A stretch of 63,529 nucleotides of DNA, filler included, from Octopus bimaculoides (Eukaryota), in the NCBI RefSeq assembly GCF_001194135.2. It is 3 parts of 3 records of this genome, joined end to end, with 100 filler letters (N's around TTAATTAATTAA, not from the genome) between each part and the next. Parts side by side here need not be neighbours in the genome. Positions count along the whole stretch, not along the records: positions 49,816 to 63,529 come from NC_068983.1; 2 more parts are not named here. One strand, given 5' to 3'. This document shows, piece after piece, positions 61,161-63,529 of this stretch. A program made the position numbers and the translations under genes. The notes below the pieces were generated by a model that worked only from the letters and a program-made list of their open reading frames with translations, ran no database searches and was not told the DNA's origin. Numbering within the stretch: the stretch's first letter is position 1; each line of letters starts with the position of its first letter.

Positions 61161-61288
61161 GTTTGATGTTACTGTAACCTTTTCTAAATCACTCATTTCC
61201 ATTATTCTGCACCCATTGTTTTCTTTTGCTCACTCACCCATTTTTTGTGTCAGTTCCCTTTTACAAGACAATGTGCAGGCATATATAT

Positions 61289-61329
<41 letters not shown>

Positions 61330-61456
61330 TATGCACGTACACATATAACTGAACACACACACACACATAATCCCTATTTAATGTCAGTTTACACACACAC
61401 ATACACATATATACATATACATCTATATAAGTATTTATGTGTATATATATATATAT

Positions 61457-61524
<68 letters not shown>

Positions 61525-62554
61525 ACTTCTCCATACAAGTAGTTTTATGGAAGAAAGAAATGAAGTTGAAAATGCACAAAGAGTGAATAAGAAGATTTAT
61601 TAATGTTAATAACACTTCACTGGTTTCAGATTTGTATGATTTTCCAAAAAGTGTAAGTTTTGAAGAACATGGGATTGTGTTACAAATACTATAGTTTCTG
61701 GCCAATAAATTCACCCAATGAGTATGAATTAACCTATGTGGTTTATTTTATATTTGATTTGCTAATATTTTAAACCTCCTTAACCCTCTTGGGACATCCG
61801 GGCCAATTGATCAGCCCAAGTGATTCAAGCTGAAAGGATTTTGAGGTTGATCCATCAGCCTGATGAAACAAATGCTGTGAATGGTTGGCTTTGAAGTGTA
61901 ATAACCAATCAGAGATAGTCTTTCAGTACATATTGTTTTTGTGTTTTCACAGAAGCATTTATGCTTATTATTGTATTTATTTATATGTCTTGTGCTGTTT
62001 TAGGTTTTCTTATTGTGATAGATGTATTGTACTGTTTATAAGCTTTCATAATATATGCTGAGACCCCCTTCGGCCATGATTGACCATGGGATTACACCTA
62101 GAAAGTTCCCCTCCAAAGCACAAGTCCAGGCAAGGTTGTTTATGTCACTGTCATACAAGCAGTGTTCTTCGTTTCCAATCTTCCATGAAAACATGTCCGG
62201 CCATGGGGCAATATTACTTTGCTTGGAAACAGGTGCGGGTTGGTGACAAGATGAGCATGCAGNNNNNNNNNNNNNNNNNNNNNNNNNNNNNNNNNNNNNN
62301 NNNNNNNNNNNNNNNNNNNNNNNNNNNNNNNNNNNNNNNNNNNNNNNNNNNNNNNNNNNNNNNNNNNNNNNNNNNNNNNNNNNNNNNNNNNNNNNNNNNN
62401 NNNNNNNNNNNNNNNNNNNNNNNNNNNNNNNNNNNNNNNNNNNNNNNNNNNNNNNNNNNNNNNNNNNNNNNNNNNNNNNNNNNNNNNNNNNNNNNNNNNN
62501 NNNNNNNNNNNNNNNNNNNNNNNNNNNNNNNNNNNNNNNNNNNNNNNNNNNNNT

Positions 62555-62655
62555 GGATGTGGTGATGATGATGATGAGGATGATGATGATGATGATGATG
62601 ATGGTGATGATGATGGTGGTGATGATGATGGTGGTGATGATGTTGGTGGTGGTGG

Positions 62656-62738
<83 letters not shown>

Positions 62739-62835
62739 GCAGTGATGGTGATGGGGAGGAAGAGGAGGAGGAGGATAATGATGATGATGACAATGACAAT
62801 GGTGGTGGTGATGATGTCGATGATGATGATGATGA
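62555..62835. repeat. (GAT)n/(GGT)n trinucleotide repeat
   Basis: Directly visible; source of the poly-M/H/I/S ORFs. Confidence 0.95.
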
Positions 62836-62900
62836 ATGTTGTGCAATAGACTGCCTCTCTCAATGTTTAATTCTTGGAACCAAAAGATGATACATTGACG

Positions 62901-63176
62901 TGTTCTGTTGTCGAGAATGGAGGAGAATGTTTTTAGGTGTATCTAAACAAACTAACGTCTGCTTTTATTGAAACAGCTTGCACACTGTCATCTTTACCTT
63001 GAAATATTAAAGTACAACAAACTGAAAGACTCACAGAAGTCCAGGAAAATCTACCATTATCGGCACATCTGTTTATGTTGGTAATCTTGCTTGAAATCAG
63101 GAACAAAGTAATGCTGGAAGCTCAGTATCTTAATTCACCCAATTAAATTGTTGATTTGCTGAGGAATTCTTGTGGC
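62901..63176 (+). pseudogene. LRR-like coding relic
   Basis: 92 codons with 3 stops: CSVVENGGEC..TLSSLP*NI..RLTEVQENLPLSAHLFMLVILLEIRNKV. Confidence 0.4.
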
Positions 63177-63432
63177 ATACACACAGATATGTATAGACAC
63201 AAACGCACAGGCAGACAGATACATATGTAACTGCAAGCATATATGAACACAAACATATATTGAAATAAAAACAAATACATATAGACACACAAGCTACACA
63301 TATGTGCAGTCATACATATGTGTAAACATAGTTAAACACAGGTTTAGAAACACACATACTTTGTTCAGAATTAAACTTCCATCAAACGCAAACACAACAG
63401 TCTAAATTAAAGTCTCTGAGACGGAAAACAAA

Positions 63433-63529
63433 TCATCATCATCGCTTAACGTCCGCTTTCCATGCTGGCATGGGTTGGACGGTTTGACTGAGGTCTGGAG
63501 AGCCAGCGGCTGCACCAAGCTCCAATCTG
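63433..63529 (-). mobile_element. RTE 3' tail element, cut by the window edge
   Basis: (CAT)n-CGCTTAACGTCCGCTTTCCATGCTGGCATGGGTTGG. Confidence 0.88.

Overview
AT-rich, gap-containing, microsatellite-dense animal DNA. The SINE families and repeat style point to a coleoid cephalopod, most likely Octopus (inference). I could not support any intact protein-coding gene; most ORF-track entries are microsatellite, gap or repeat artefacts. The window is mostly decayed mobile DNA: RTE, CR1/L2, Tx1/L1-type and HERO-like LINE pieces, several tRNA-derived SINE families (some with clear TSDs), Tc1/mariner relics (DD41D, DD37D, DD34D) and a MITE, Helitron pieces and Penelope-like fragments. Leading leads: (1) many AT-rich spacers between repeats translate into stop-riddled, mutually similar leucine-rich-repeat-like peptides, suggesting a decayed LRR gene family; (2) a 1.1-kb foldback (about 400-bp inverted arms) flanked by an about 90-bp direct repeat at 33.5-34.6 kb; (3) a candidate hammerhead ribozyme at 52.6 kb with its core strands in a non-standard order, plus a decayed conventional hammerhead beside a Penelope GIY-YIG relic; (4) a DD41D transposon built from two right ends; (5) a CpG-retaining central domain between CpG-depleted flanks. 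All alignments and identities were judged by eye, and many repeat boundaries are approximate.
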